Source: an uncultured Gemmatimonadales bacterium (GTDB taxonomy: Bacteria > Gemmatimonadota > Gemmatimonadetes > Gemmatimonadales > GWC2-71-9). Taken from it: a stretch of DNA of 64,000 bases. Every line of letters starts with the position of its first letter. The stretch's first letter is position 1. The notes beneath the pieces are model-generated. The model was given only the letters and a program-made list of their open reading frames with translations. It was not told the origin of the DNA and did not search any database. Positions 17,267-29,145 of this stretch are shown piece by piece. Position numbers and translations under genes: made by a program. The stretch is taken from NCBI GenBank assembly GCA_963833365.1, contig CAWHXS010000012.1:166767-230766 (forward strand), written 5' to 3'.

Positions 17267-20200
17267 TGCGGCGCCACGTCATCCGGCTGTTCGTCGCGAT
17301 TCTCCTCGGCACCGTCCCCGCGTTGCTCGGCGGCGCCGCGGCGCTCCTCTTCACCGAGACCGGCCGCTTGCTCACGGGCCGGCTGGTTGCCGGAGAGCTG
17401 GGACGGGTCATGCGCGGGCGCTTCGAGGTGGCGCGAGTCTCCGGCAATTTCTGGAGGACGCTCGAATTCGATAACGTCGTGATCCGTGATACCACCGGCG
17501 ACCTCCTGGCCGATATCCCCCATCTCGAGGTCCGCTACAAGTTCCCCAACCTCATGGCGGGCCGGATCATCCTCGAGGATCTCGACATAGACCGGGGGAC
17601 CATCCGGATCGTGAAGCAGAAGAACGGCCGGCTCAACTTCCAGGACATCTTCAAACTGGGAGAAGGAAAGGGTGGAGGGACCTCGCCGCTGATCGAGCTG
17701 CGCAACGCGAGGCTGCACGCGACGACTCTCGAAGCGCTGTTGCCCTGGAACCCGCCGGACACCGCGAAGACCGACGCCTCAAAAGCTTCAGCACTCGCCG
17801 CCGAACGGGCCAAGCCAGGCAGAGTCATCCTGGAGACCCGGCACGGATACCGAAAGCTCGTCACCCTCGACGCTCTGAATGCGAGACTCAGTCGCCTGCT
17901 GATCAGCTCGCCCACCCACGAGCCGCTGACCTTCGAGGTCGACTCGCTGTCCACCCGGATCAGCGACCCCGCGATCACCATCAATCAGCTGGACGCGAAC
18001 GGATGGACCCGCGCCGACACGCTCCAGTTCACGGTGGAGCAGGTGAAGCTGCCGAATACTCGCGCCTCGGGCAGCGGGACCCTGACCTGGCCCAAGGGTC
18101 CGGTGCTGTACGACTTCGCCATGGTCGCGACTCAGGCCGATCTGCGGGACTTCTGGTGGATCACACCCAAGCTCCCGCAGATGACGGGGAAGGCGCGGGT
18201 CGTGGCGAAGTCCCGCGACGAGACCTTCACGTCGTATGCGCTGCACGGTCTCCAGCTTCAGGGTGACGACGGTCGAATCACCGGTCAGGTCACCTTGCTG
18301 GTGAACAGCCGACGCGGCCTCGGCGCGGAAAACATGAAGCTGGATCTCGCGGCGGTCGACATGGATGTGCTCCGTCCCTTCCTCGACACCCTGCCATTCT
18401 ACGGGACTCTCACCGGCAAGATGTCGGGCCGCGGGTACCTCGATGCGCTGACGATCGACTACGACGGCATCTTCAGCGACTCCGCGGTCGAGGGTGGCGC
18501 CGAGAATCGCCTCAGCCTGGCCGGGCTGGTGCACCTGGGCGGGCCCCTCGGTGCGGTGTTCGACACCATGGAGCTGCGGGAGACCGACTTCGACCTCGCC
18601 ACGATCAGGAAGGTTTCGCCTTCGCTGCCTTTGCAGGGAAGGCTGTCACTGGTCGGGTCGCTCAAAGGGCCGTGGAAGAATGTGACCTTCTCCGGCACCT
18701 TACGGCATCACGATGATGGTCATCCCGAAACGATGGCGGAGGGAGTTTCCCGGCTCGATACCCGCGATTCGACCACGATGCGATTCGCCACCGACGTGCG
18801 CTTGGATCCTCTCGATTTCGATGGTCTCCGCACCAGCTTCCCCGCGCTCAAGCTTCCCGGGCGGCTGCAGGGACCGCTCAAGCTTTCCGGGACGATGGAC
18901 AGCATGCGGGTGGACGGAGACCTGCGTGGCGAGATCGGCCACTTTCGGGCGACCGGTGGCGTCCGGCTGACGCCCGGCAAGATGGGAGGGGACAGCCTGC
19001 TGGTGGACTTCGAGGGAGTAGATCTCGCTCAGCTCCGGCAGACACCGCCCAAGACCAAACTCACCGGAACCCTATTCGTGAACGGCACCATGGATTCGGT
19101 GACCGGTCCCCAGGGCACCTTCGCGATCTCGCTCGCGCACAGCACGGCCGCCGAGGTCCCGCTCGACACGGTCATCGCTACTCTCAGCGCCGAAAACGGT
19201 ATCCTCACCTTCGATACCCTGCTGGCGCGGCTACCTGGCGTCGCAGCCAACGGAGAAGGAACCCTGGGCTGGCGCTCTCCTTCGGACGGAGAAATCCAGG
19301 TCGCCTTTACCGCCGACAGTCTCGTCACGCTGGATCCCTTCCTGCGCGACACGGTCACACCGCCCAGCGACAGCGAGCCGCCGCATCCGGTCCAGGGCCG
19401 GGTAACCGGGACGCTTTCGCTGGCCGGTGCAGTGGACGCGCCGACTGTTCGGATCGATGCGGACGGACGCGCGCTGGAGTGGAAGGGCTTCAAGGTCCCC
19501 ACCGCGTCGGCCACGCTCGATTGGAGCCAGGCGGAGCGTTCTCAGCTCGGACTGGTGGTCACCCTGGATTCGGTGCGAAGCCAGACCTGGACCATGACCT
19601 CGCTCACCGCCGAATTGCGAGGCTACACCGATTCACTGCTCTGGAGTGGCTCCGCGAAGCTGGCGGACAGCGTCTCCCTTGCGGCCAGCGGACAATATTG
19701 GAAACACCCCCCGTCGCAGGTCGTTGCGGTGGACAGCGCCCGTCTGACGCTGCCCGAACACACCTGGCGATTGCACGACCCGGTTTCGCTGACTTTGGGA
19801 CGGGAGCACTTCGACTTCAGTCCGCTTTTCCTCGAAGCCTCGGACGGATCCGGCCTGGTCCACATCGAAGGCAGTCTTCCTCGCGAGCAGGAAGGGAAAC
19901 TGACAATCAGTGCCATCGGACTCGATCTGCGGGACGTCTATCTCGCCTTGCAGCGTGACACCACCAGAGTGGGAGGGACAGTGCAGGCCGATCTCGAAGT
20001 GGGTGGCACCGCCGCGGCCCCGACCTTCCAAGGCACGGCCTCGCTCGCGGATCTGGCACTTGGCGATCTCGCCTCGCCTTACGTGCAGGGCGTCTTCAAC
20101 TACGCCGACCGCCGGCTCGATGCCAATGTGCTGTTGTGGAAGACCGGTAACCCGGTCATGCGGGTCGAGGCGAAGCTTCCGATCGATCTGGCGCTGAAGA

Positions 20201-21682
20201 GCGTGCCGAAGCGACAGCTGCCGGGAGACCTGGTCGTGCGGGCAGTGGCCGACAGCACCGAAATGAGCGTGCTCGAGGCCTTCACCAATACAGTTCGGGG
20301 AGTCCACGGCACCCTTCGCATGGATGCGCAGGTCACCGGGAGTTGGGACAAGCCTGCCCTGGCCGGCTTCATCGATGTACGGGACGCCCAAGCCAGCGTG
20401 ACCTCGCTGGGAACGTCGTTCAGCGGAATCAATGGTCGCGCCCGACTAAATGGCGACTCGATCCAGATTGATACCCTTCGGGTGAACGGGGGCAAGGGGA
20501 GCATGGAGGTCGGCGGCGTGCTCCGGCTCGAGGAGCTCACCCGCCCGATTCTCGGCTTGAGGCTCCGGGCCAATCGGTTCCGCGCCATTGCCGACCGGCG
20601 GTTTCTCACCCTGGACGCTACCGGCAACCTGGAGCTGACCGGGCCGGTGATGCAGGCCCATCTCACCGGGCGTATCGTGGCGGACGAGGGCAATTTCCGC
20701 TTCTCCGACCTGATCACCAAGCGAATCGTGAATCTGGAGAATCCGGCTGACTCCGAGCTCATCGATATCTCGGAGCTCCGTGGGGAGCTGAGTGCCGCGT
20801 TCCAGAACCGGTTCCTCGACTCGCTCACCATCGAGAACCTCCGGCTGGTGATGGGCGAATCGTTTTGGCTCCGCTCCAGCGAGGCCAACATCCAGTTGGA
20901 CGGGGATCTCACGGTCAACAAGGTGCGCGACGTCTACCGCATGGACGGGACGCTCAGCGCGCTCCGCGGCACCTACAGCGTCAAGATCGGGTTCGTGGTC
21001 CGGGACTTCACGGTAGAAGAAGGGACGGTCCGCTACTTCGGGACGCCGGACCTAAATGCCGAGTTGAACATCACGGCCAAGTACCTCGCGGAAGACATTG
21101 ATACCAGGCAGGAGATTGAGATCATCGCCAAGATCACGGGCACGCTGCTGCAGCCGAAGCTCGCGCTGGAGAGCGATCAGCACCCGCCGCTCTCCGAGAC
21201 GGAGCTGGTCAGTTACCTCATGTTCGGCCGTTCCAGCTTCGCGGTGAATTCGGGCGGCGCCGCAAGCCAGAACCAATCAGCGGCGCTCGCCACCGGCATC
21301 TCTTACTTCTCGAGCGCCCTTTCCAGCGAAATCCAGCGGACGCTGATCAGCGACCTGGGTGTTCCGATCGACTACCTCGATATCCGGCCCGGCACCGTCT
21401 CCAGCGGGACGGTGTCGGCATCCAGCAGCGGCGCTTCTCAGGTGGCACAGGTCACCGCCGGCTGGCAGGTGGGCCGGAAGTGGTATCTCGGCTCTGCTGA
21501 CCGATGTCTGCACCAGCGGGACGACTTTCTACCCCAGCGCGGAGTACCGGCTCAACCGGCCGCTTCGCTTCAAGCTGGCGGTCGAGCCGACGACGCCCTG
21601 TACCTCAACACTTTCGATCCTTCGCAGAATCGAGAAGCGTTATCAGGTCGGTCTGGACATGCTGTGGTCTCTGGACTATTGA
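17266..21682 (+). CDS. tamB: translocation and assembly module protein TamB (DUF490); one apparent frameshift near 21495
   Basis: About 1470 aa with an N-terminal membrane anchor. The conserved C-terminus (...AEYRLNRPLRFKLAVEP...RYQVGLDMLWSLDY) is in the frame of ORF 21359..21682, not in the frame of the main ORF. Confidence 0.8.
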
Positions 21683-21683
21683 C

Positions 21684-22583
21684 GTGACCCGGGCGCTGCT
21701 CATCACCAATCCCGCGGCGGCACGGACCGAAGAGGTCGCGGCCCGGGCCGTGGCCGAGACACTCGAGCGAGGTGGCTGGAAGGTGGAGCTGTGTGCCACC
21801 GGCGGCCCGGGCGATGCGCGGCGTTCGCCGAGCAGGCGGTGTCGGACCACTTGGACGTGGTGACTGTGTTCGGCGGTGACGGCACCACGATGCAGGCGGC
21901 CGCGGCGCTGGTCGGAACCGACGTCGCACTCGGCGTCGTACCGGGCGGCACCGGCAATCTGCTCGCGGGCAACCTGCGAATCCCGATCCACCCGGTTCGG
22001 GCCGCGAAGGCGCTGGTAGCCGGCACGGCGCGTCCGCTCGACCTGGGACGCATGGAACGGAGCGACGGGACACATTACTTCGCGGTGGCCTGCGGGGCCG
22101 GTTACGACGCGCGAGTCATGGCCGGCACCAACCGTCGGACAAGCACCGCTGGCGTTTCGCCGCGTATGTCGCCACCACCCTCCGCCTGATGCCCGAGATG
22201 CGCAGCACGAGCACCTGATCACCGTGGACGGGGTGGAATACGAGGCGCAGGCCACGATGGTCCTGGTCGCCAACTGCGGCGAGGTCATCCCGCCTTACGT
22301 GCGGCTCCGGAGCGGCATCTCGCCCTACGACGGACTGCTCGACGTCGTGGTCGTTCGCGCCGACAGCTTCGTCGAGAGCGTGCGCGCGCTCTGGGAGCTG
22401 CTGCACGAGGGTGTTCCCGAAGGCAACGAGGGGCGGATCGGGTACGCCCAGGGACGCGAGATCCGGGTCGAGACCACCCCGGCCGAACCGGTGCAGCTCG
22501 ACGGCGAGCCCGGGGGAGAAACGCCGTTCGTCGTAACCGTGGTACCTGGAGCTGTTCGGGTTCTGGTTCCACCACTTTTGTGA
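21684..22583 (+). pseudogene. diacylglycerol/lipid kinase family protein (YegS/BmrU-like); at least 3 frameshifts as assembled
   Basis: GTG at 21684 (VTRALLITNPAAAR...). It continues as ...DVVTVFGGDGTTMQAAAALVGTDVALGVVPGGTGNLLA in the frame of 21791..22189. The C-terminus ...VQLDGEPGGETPFVVTVVPGAVRVL is in the frame of 22224..22583. Confidence 0.75.
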
Positions 22584-22698
22584 GCGTTGGTGCCGGGTCG
22601 GGGTCGGGGATTGCGTCCGTGACGCGCAAGCGCATCTTCGAGCCATCCTCCTACCAGGGCCATGGACCACAAGGTCACCCGTCTGACGGGAGTCGCTG

Positions 22699-24046
22699 AT
22701 GGCTGATTCCGTCCTGCTGATTGATGACGACGCCGACGTGCTGCGCACGGTCGGGACTTACTTCGAGCGCGTGGGCTGGGAAGTCGCGCGCGAACTGGAC
22801 GGCGAGGCCGGTCTCGCCGCCTACGACCGGCTGCGGCCGGAGGTCGTGATCCTCGACCTGCATCTCCCCGGCCTCGACGGAATGGAGGTGCTGGCGCGGC
22901 TTCGCGAGAGGAATGCCGCGGTCATCCTGCTCACCGGGCAGGGCGACGTCCCCACCGCGGTGAAGGCCATGCAGCTTGGCGCGGAGAACTTCCTCATCAA
23001 GCCGATGGACATGGAGCACCTCACGGCCGCGGCCACCAGGGTTTCGGACAAGGTGCGGCTCCGCCGGCTCAACGAGATGCTGCTGCTCCGCACCTCGCCG
23101 GGAGAAGGACTCGAATCGCTGGGCGACTCACCGGAGATGAAAGAGCTGACTCGGCAGATCGGTCTCGTGGCCCTGAGCGATCGCACTGCTGTGCTGCTCA
23201 AAGGCGAGAGCGGGGTCGGGAAGGCCTGGGTGGGGCGGATGCTGCACCAGCTGAGTCCCCGGGCCTCGGGGCCCTTCACCGAAGTTTCCTGCTGGGGACG
23301 CAGCTCCGCCGGACTGGACGCCGAGCTCTTCGGGGTCGAGCGGGCGACGCCGGCGGACGTGCGGGAACGCCGCCAGGGTCTGATGGAAATCTCCTCGGGT
23401 GGCACGATTCTCTTCGAAGAGATCGGAGACCTCCCGGCCGAGTTGCAGCCCAAATTGCAGCGGGTTCTGGAGACCCGGACCTTCCGCCGGGTGGGCGGAA
23501 CCCGCGACGTGGCGACTGATGTGCGCGATTCTCGCGGCGACCAGCCGCGACCTCGCGGCGGAAGTCGAGGCGGGGAAGTTCCGGGAAGATCTCTACTACC
23601 GCCTGAGCGTGATGCCGGTGACGCTGCCGCCGCTGCGCGACCGGGCACGGGAAGACCGGCTCACTCTGATGTCGGCGCTCCTCAACGAGCTGCAGGGCAA
23701 GGTTTCCGGGGTTCCCGCGGCACTCTCGCCCGAGGCGCTCGAGCGCATGCTGGGCCACTCCTGGCCGGGGAACGTCCGCGAGATGCGTAACGTGCTGGAG
23801 CGCGCGGTGATCCTCGCCCGGGGCCAGTCTCAGGTCGGCGTTGAGCATCTGCCCGGCGAATTCCGCGCCCGGCCCGGCCCGGGCGACCGTCGCCACACTC
23901 CGCAGACCCTGGACGATCTCGAACGGGTGCACATCGAGCGCACGCTGCGGCACCACGGCGGCAATCGAACCCGGGCGGCCCAGGAACTCGGCATCTCGCG
24001 GGCGACGCTGATCAATAAGATTAAGCGGTACTCCATTCAGGTTTGA
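22699..24046 (+). pseudogene. sigma-54-dependent Fis-family response regulator (NtrC-like); frameshift near 23520
   Basis: The receiver domain (LLIDDDADV...DLHLPGLDG) and AAA+ domain (GESGVGK...GGTILFEEIGDL) are in ORF 22699... The continuation ILAATSRDL..GKFREDLYYRL..WPGNVREMRN and the Fis HTH are in ORF 23399..24046. Confidence 0.85.
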
Positions 24047-24049
24047 GGG

Positions 24050-24133
24050 CTGTCAGCCGTCAGCTGTCAGCCATCAGTTATTAGCTTTTAGCTATTAGCT
24101 TTAGCTTACTAGCTAACGGCTGACGGCTGACGG
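24050..24133. repeat. heptamer-arm hairpin (CCGTCAG / CTGACGG family) with a YTWTTAG centre
   Basis: Four CNGTCAG units (24050-24077), about five YTNTTAG units (24078-24112), and three CTRACGG units (24113-24133). It starts 4 nt after the regulator stop codon. Confidence 0.85.
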
Positions 24134-24153
24134 CTTCGCATAAGGAGACCACC

Positions 24154-24327
24154 ATGGCAGAACTCAAAGAACACGACGCCATGATCTGCCGCGCCTGCGA
24201 GCGGGAGGAGCGCGCCTCGGAGGGTTATCCCTGCGACGGGTGCGGCACCTTCATCTGCCTGATGTGCACCTTCCGCGGGGTCACGCTCTGCAAGGCCTGC
24301 CAGGCGAAGGAGTGCGCGGGTCAGTGA
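24154..24327 (+). CDS. small Cys-rich zinc-ribbon-like protein (57 aa)
   Basis: ATG at 24154 with AAGGAG at 24142-24147. Four CxxC pairs: CRAC, CDGC, CLMC, CKAC. Its TGA shares one base with the next ATG (TGATG). Below the ORF-track cut-off. Confidence 0.5.
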   Translation: MAELKEHDAMICRACEREERASEGYPCDGCGTFICLMCTFRGVTLCKACQAKECAGQ

Positions 24328-25112
24328 TGGAGCCCTCATCGCGCGGTCCGGAGTGGCACCGGTCTGCCGCGAGCCCTCCCCCCGCGCCGAACAGGTCACC
24401 CAGCTGGTCCTCGGCGAAACCGCCCAGATCCTGGAAGAGGCAGAGCGATCTGGCGCCGGATTCAACTCGACGATGACGGCTATCAGGGCTGGGTTCATCG
24501 CGGCTACGTGCTGGAGATCGATTCGGAGACCGCGGTCGGAATGGCGGCGAAGCGGCCGACGGCTGGAGCGAGGGTGCGGTGGTGCGAGCAGGCTACCGAT
24601 ATCGTCCGGCTGCCGCTCCGCGCCCGGGTGGCCGGCTCGAAGGGCCGAGCTCGGCTTGCCGGACGGACGGCGCGGTTCGCTGATCGCGGGTTCGGTGGCG
24701 CCGTTCTCCAAAGCGCGGCGGCGAGCGGCCCGCACTCCTCCCGACCGCTGGGCGCTCAGGCCTTCGCCGGAACCCCTTACCAATGGGGCGGGGTGTCACT
24801 CCTGGGGTGTCGATTGCTCGGGGCTGGTGCAGACCACTTTCCGCGCCCGCGGGGTACGCACTGCCTCGCGATGCCTCCCAGCAGATCACCTACTGGTGTA
24901 TCGGTCGACGCCGGAGCAACGGCGGGCCGGGCGACCTGCTCTTCTTCGCGGAAGACGGCGACCGGGTGACCCACGTCGCGATTTGCGGAGCAGATGACTC
25001 GCTGGTCCATGCCACTCTCTCCTGCGGCGGATTCGTCAGGAGCCGTGGGGACCGGGAACCCGGGCGGAATTACTGCGGGACCGGCTGGTTCGCGGTGCGA
25101 CGGGTGAAGTAG
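24327..25112 (+). pseudogene. NlpC/P60 (C40) peptidase with N-terminal SH3-like region; at least 5 frameshifts as assembled
   Basis: Fragments lie in three frames: ...EPSPRAEQVTQLVLGETAQILEE; ...GYQGWVHRGYVLEIDSETA; ...AFAGTPYQWGG; ...VDCSGLVQTTFRARGV (catalytic Cys); ...LPRDASQQ...PGDLLFFAEDGDRVTHVAI (catalytic His). Confidence 0.7.
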
Positions 25113-25132
25113 ACCGTGCCGCAACGCATCTC

Positions 25133-25823
25133 GTGCTGTTCGACATCGACGGCACTCTCCTCGTGACCGCCGGCGCCGGGCGGCGCGCCATCACCACCGC
25201 ACTGCGCGACCATGTGAGCGACCCCGCCGCGTTCGATCGCATCCGCTTCGACGGAAAGACCGATCCGCAGATCGTGCGCGAGCTGCTCGACTGCCGGCGG
25301 GCATCCCCAGTGCGGCGATCGCGTCTTCGGTCGCGGCGTTGTGCCGCAGCTACGTGACGCCTTCTCGAGGTCGAGCTGCGGCAGCCCGCGGACCAGGACC
25401 CGCTCATGCCGGGCGTTCCCGCCCTTGCTCGACCGGCTGGAAGCGGAATCCGGAAGTCGTCCTCGGACTGCTCACCGGCAACGTCGGGCAGGGAGCGATA
25501 CTCAAGCTCAAGGCGAGCGGGATCGATCCGTGCCCGCTTCCGGGTCGGCGCCTATGGCTCCGACTCAGGCCACCGCCCCGACCTTCCCGCGATCGCCGCC
25601 AATCGCGCGGTCACACCACTTCGGGCGGGAGCCGCGGGGCACCGAGGTTGTCATCATCGGCGACACGCCCGCCGACATGACCTGCGGGCTGGGTATCGAC
25701 GCCCGTGCGATCGGAGTGGCGACCGGCTCGTACCGGTGTGAGGAGCTGACGGCGGCAGGCGCCTATGCGGCGTTCGCCGACCTGAGCGAGACCGATCGAG
25801 TGGTCGAGGCCATTCTTGGCTGA
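25133..25823 (+). pseudogene. HAD family hydrolase (phosphoglycolate phosphatase-like); at least 3 frameshifts
   Basis: VLFDIDGTLLVTAGAGRRA is in the frame of 25133. LGLLTGNVGQGAILKLKASGIDP is in a second frame. VVIIGDTPADMTCGLGIDARAIGVATG...EAILG is in a third frame and ends at 25823. Confidence 0.7.
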
Positions 25824-26425
25824 TGAGCTGGAGCTCAAAGCCGGTGGTGACCCGATCCAGCCCGGACTCCGAGCGACTGACGCGCGGCGGGTGCGACGCG
25901 AGGTGTTTCGCGGGATGATGCGCGACCGGCGCTTCGATCCGGCGGCCGGCTCGCGGCGCAGGACGAGGTGCTGCGGATCCGGAGCTACGAAGCCCGCGAG
26001 GCGAGCCGGCCCACGCGATGATCGGCTGGAAGGGACCTGCACGGCGGTCGCCGGATGGCTACAAGCTGCGCGAGGAGATCGAGTACTCGACTCGCGGACG
26101 GCGCGACGCGCCGCGCGGTTGCTGCGAGGCCCTGGGCTACACGCGTGGTAGCAGGCCATCGATCGCTACGTCGAGGTGTTCTCGCATTGCGCGGCGCCAG
26201 CGCGCGCCTGGAGTGGTATCCCCGAATGGATGTGCTCATGGAGATCGAAGGCACCGCCGCCGCCATCGAATCGGCGATCGCGGCCGAGCGGGTATCGCTC
26301 GCCAGGAGTTCCTGGCCGACCCGCTCGCCGCTTTCGTCGAGCGTTACGAGGCGCGGGAACCCGGCAGCCCGCGGTCGTCGCCGAGGCGATCTGGCGGGTG
26401 CGCCACCCGTCTGGCGTGGCCGTGA
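25816..26425 (+). pseudogene. CYTH-domain protein (CyaB-like class IV adenylate cyclase / triphosphatase fold); multiple frameshifts
   Basis: Fragments ELELKA..., ...DEVLRIRSYE..., ...GWKGPARRSPDGYKLREEIEY..., ...ARLEWYPRMDVLMEIEGTAAAIESAI... are scattered over three frames. Both boundaries are approximate. Confidence 0.5.
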
Positions 26426-27180
26426 GCTCGCCGGCGAGCATCCAGGTGAGCCTCGACGATTCCGGAACTCGGCCCATTTCTGGGCCGGCTGGTGGCGCCG
26501 CCGGTCATCGAGCTGGGCAGCGGCACTGGATCCCGCTGGAAGACATCCGCTACGACCTGGTCACCGCGGTGTTCGTCGCGCTCGGGCGAGGCGCGAGAAT
26601 GGAGCGCGGCCGACGATCCCGATCTCACCATCGCGACGCTGGGGCGTTCAGCCTGGCTCCCGACTCTGGGAACATGCGCTCAGCGCGGTGAGTCACCCGT
26701 GCCGTCACAGGCGATCAACGCCCGGCTCGACGCTGCGGCGGTGGAGTCGCGGATGCCGCGCCGCTTCCGGAACCGGCTGCCGCTCGGGCTCGGATGAGAC
26801 TTAATGCGCTGCACGGCGCGGCTCGATGCCGGGAGCGGTCCCTTCCGCGAAGCGTTCGACCGGCTCGAGGAGACCGGCCACGCGGCACGCGCGGCTCGCG
26901 GCGAGGGACCGGCGGCGGACGCCTGGGGCGCCGCGCTCACCACCGTCGCGCGCCGGCTCGAATCCGCCTGGCTCGCGCTGGAGGAGGCACTGGCGTCCGA
27001 ATGGGTCGCGCTGGGAGCGCGATGTGGAGGAAGTGCGGGCCTGGCGGCGGCCGCTCTGGCCGCTGGTCCTGATTTCGTCGTGCTCCTTTTCTGATCGCGC
27101 TCTACGCCGGTCTTCTGCTCGGTGGCTACCTCCCGGTGCCGGCGCCGCTCGAGCGCACCGGTCGAATGGATCTGGGACCG

Positions 27181-27582
27181 ATGGAGCTGATCGGGATCGG
27201 CATCGACCTGGTGGATATCGCGCGGGTGGAGCGAATGCTGGAGCGCCACGGCGATCGGGTACTCACCCGATTTCTGACTGATGGGCGAGCGGGAGTACGT
27301 GACCGGCCGGTTCCGTCCTGCGCATGCACATCGCGGCGCGCATGGCCGCGAAGGAAGCGGCGTACAAGGCGCTGCAGTCGCTGCCCGATGCGCGTGCCGT
27401 CTCGCTGGCAGGATCTCGAGGTCGAGCGGGCCCACGACGGGCGCCCGTCGCTCCGGCTTTGGGCCTCGCTGCTGAACTGGCGGCCAAACACGGACCCTTT
27501 CGCTATCGAGCTGTCGCTGAGTCACTCGGATCGGACGGCGGGGGCGGTAGCGGTGCTGGTGCGGGGGAAGCGTGAGAGGTGA
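27181..27582 (+). pseudogene. acpS: holo-[acyl-carrier-protein] synthase; 2 frameshifts as assembled
   Basis: MELIGIGIDLVDIARVERMLERHGDRVLTRFLT comes first. HIAARMAAKEAAYKAL is in the frame of 27324... Then ...WQDLEVERAHDGRPSL...FAIELSLSHSDRTAGAVAVLV. Confidence 0.8.
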
Positions 27583-27599
27583 GAGGTAAGAAGTGAGAG
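27572..27599. repeat. heptamer array GTGAGAG x4
   Basis: GTGAGAG GTGAGAG GTAAGAA GTGAGAG. The acpS TGA (27580-27582) lies across two units. The reverse-complement family occurs at 45239-45266. Confidence 0.8.
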
Positions 27600-27666
27600 G
27601 GCGGACGAGTGATCGCGCTCAGATGATGCAGGCCAAGAATCAATTAGGCGGACGCGACGGGCACTA

Positions 27667-28026
27667 ATGACGGTCCAATCGTCGGCCGAGAAGATGAATC
27701 TTTCCGAGTCATTGGTCTCGCGGCACCCATGGTTCGTGGCTTTTCTGCTGGCTACGGTGGCCACGCCAGCTGGCGTGATCTTGGGTTGGCTCGCACCACG
27801 TCCCCTGGACGCACTGGTGGCATTGCCGCTCGTGCTGGTCGATATGTGGGCGGCCTCCAACGGAATCACAGAGTTGGGAAATGCTGCCGGGAATGAAGCA
27901 CCCGTGCTGCGGCTGCTACTGCTCATACTTGGCATCGTGCTCACGTGGGTGTTCTACGTTCTCGCGGCACGCCTGGTGCTTTGGCGACTATCGCTGCATT
28001 CAGATGATGGAGTCGAGGCTGGCTAG
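27667..28026 (+). CDS. hypothetical membrane protein (about 3 TM segments)
   Basis: 119-aa intact ORF with hydrophobic stretches WFVAFLLATVATPAGVILGWL, ALVALPLVLVDMW and LLLLILGIVLTWVFYVLAA. No family recognised. The start could be Met10. Confidence 0.5.
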   Translation: MTVQSSAEKMNLSESLVSRHPWFVAFLLATVATPAGVILGWLAPRPLDALVALPLVLVDMWAASNGITELGNAAGNEAPVLRLLLLILGIVLTWVFYVLAARLVLWRLSLHSDDGVEAG

Positions 28027-28144
28027 GGCTGGCTTCGAGATTCACTTGGGGCGCCGCCTGACAAGCGCATGTAGCTGGCGGCGCGTCAGATCAAAGGAAC
28101 GTAGGGTAGTGCGCGAGCGGGCGGGTCGCACTAAGGAGGAGCTT

Positions 28145-29020
28145 GTGTCACATCGCGTTCCCCTCATCTCCGTCGTCGGCGTGATTGCGTTCAGTGCCAT
28201 GGTCGGACACCCTGCCTTGGCCCAGCAATCGGGGCCAGCCCAGCCACGATACGCCTTCTGCTGGACACCACCGACCAAGCAGCTCGTCTATATCAGCGCC
28301 CCGTTCGAGACCAGCGAGCCGAGTACCGCGAAGGTCGAGGCCGAGTTCAACGCCTTCGTCAAGAAACAGTACGGATATTCCGCCCATGACGGCCAATGCG
28401 CCGTAGACCTTACGGCCGCAACGAGGGACGGCAAGCGGGCTGCGGTGATCAAGCAGGCACAAAACGGCGAGATCACGCCGGTGACCTTCACGTACACGCC
28501 ACCGGCCCCGGCTGAGCCTGCTCCGGCACAGGCGGCCGCGCCGGTGGTCACCGCTAGCCTGAACCCCGGTAATCTCAAGGATCCCTGGCTGCAAAAGGCA
28601 AAGGATGAACTACCGAGCTCGAAAGGGTATTGCGAGACCAATATCCTGCTTCACCAGATTTTCGACTGCGAGTGCTTCGCGCGTCTGGTGTTTCAGTTCC
28701 GAGTCGCGCACGCCGGAGAGTACAAGGAGAGCAACCGCGAGGAAGGGACTGGCTGGGTTGGATACAGCAACGTCTTGATGGCGCCGGACTTTGTCTGTAC
28801 CGACTGTCTCGAGGATGCTCGGCTCACCCGGTACGTCCACGACAAGATCGCCCACAACCAGCAGCCCGCTCTGTCGACCGGCCACACCACCGAGGCCAAG
28901 GTGAAGGCCTATGCAGACTGCGTCGCACCCAAGTACATCGCCGAGTTCAAGGCCCATCCGCACGTGTACGAGGAGACGCCAAACTTCAACAGGGCGACAG
29001 AAGCTTGCCGGGCGCCTTGA
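28145..29020 (+). CDS. secreted Cys-rich hypothetical protein (291 aa)
   Basis: ORF 27881..29020 trimmed to the GTG at 28145, preceded by AAGGAGG (28133-28139). Signal peptide MSHRVPLISVVGVIAFSAMVGHPALA. A Pro/Ala linker is followed by a C-terminal domain with about 8 Cys. No family recognised. Confidence 0.6.
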   Translation: MSHRVPLISVVGVIAFSAMVGHPALAQQSGPAQPRYAFCWTPPTKQLVYISAPFETSEPSTAKVEAEFNAFVKKQYGYSAHDGQCAVDLTAATRDGKRAAVIKQAQNGEITPVTFTYTPPAPAEPAPAQAAAPVVTASLNPGNLKDPWLQKAKDELPSSKGYCETNILLHQIFDCECFARLVFQFRVAHAGEYKESNREEGTGWVGYSNVLMAPDFVCTDCLEDARLTRYVHDKIAHNQQPALSTGHTTEAKVKAYADCVAPKYIAEFKAHPHVYEETPNFNRATEACRAP

Positions 29021-29145
29021 TTCGCATTCAAGACGCGTCAGCGGCCTAACTCAGCCTGAGGCTGACATGTGTCTCCCTTCTCCGATCCCTTCCAAACCCG
29101 ACTTTCCCGCTCTAATTTCCTCGCGACACTAAGAACTGGTTGAGA

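Noticed and set aside
26055-27525. 249-aa ORF 26055..26804 (+) and 281-aa ORF 26680..27525 (-) as real genes.
   Set aside because: Both run across recognisable but frameshifted genes (the CYTH protein, acpS) and have low-complexity Arg/Ala/Pro composition. The stretch 26430-27150 is left unassigned rather than given an unsupported call.
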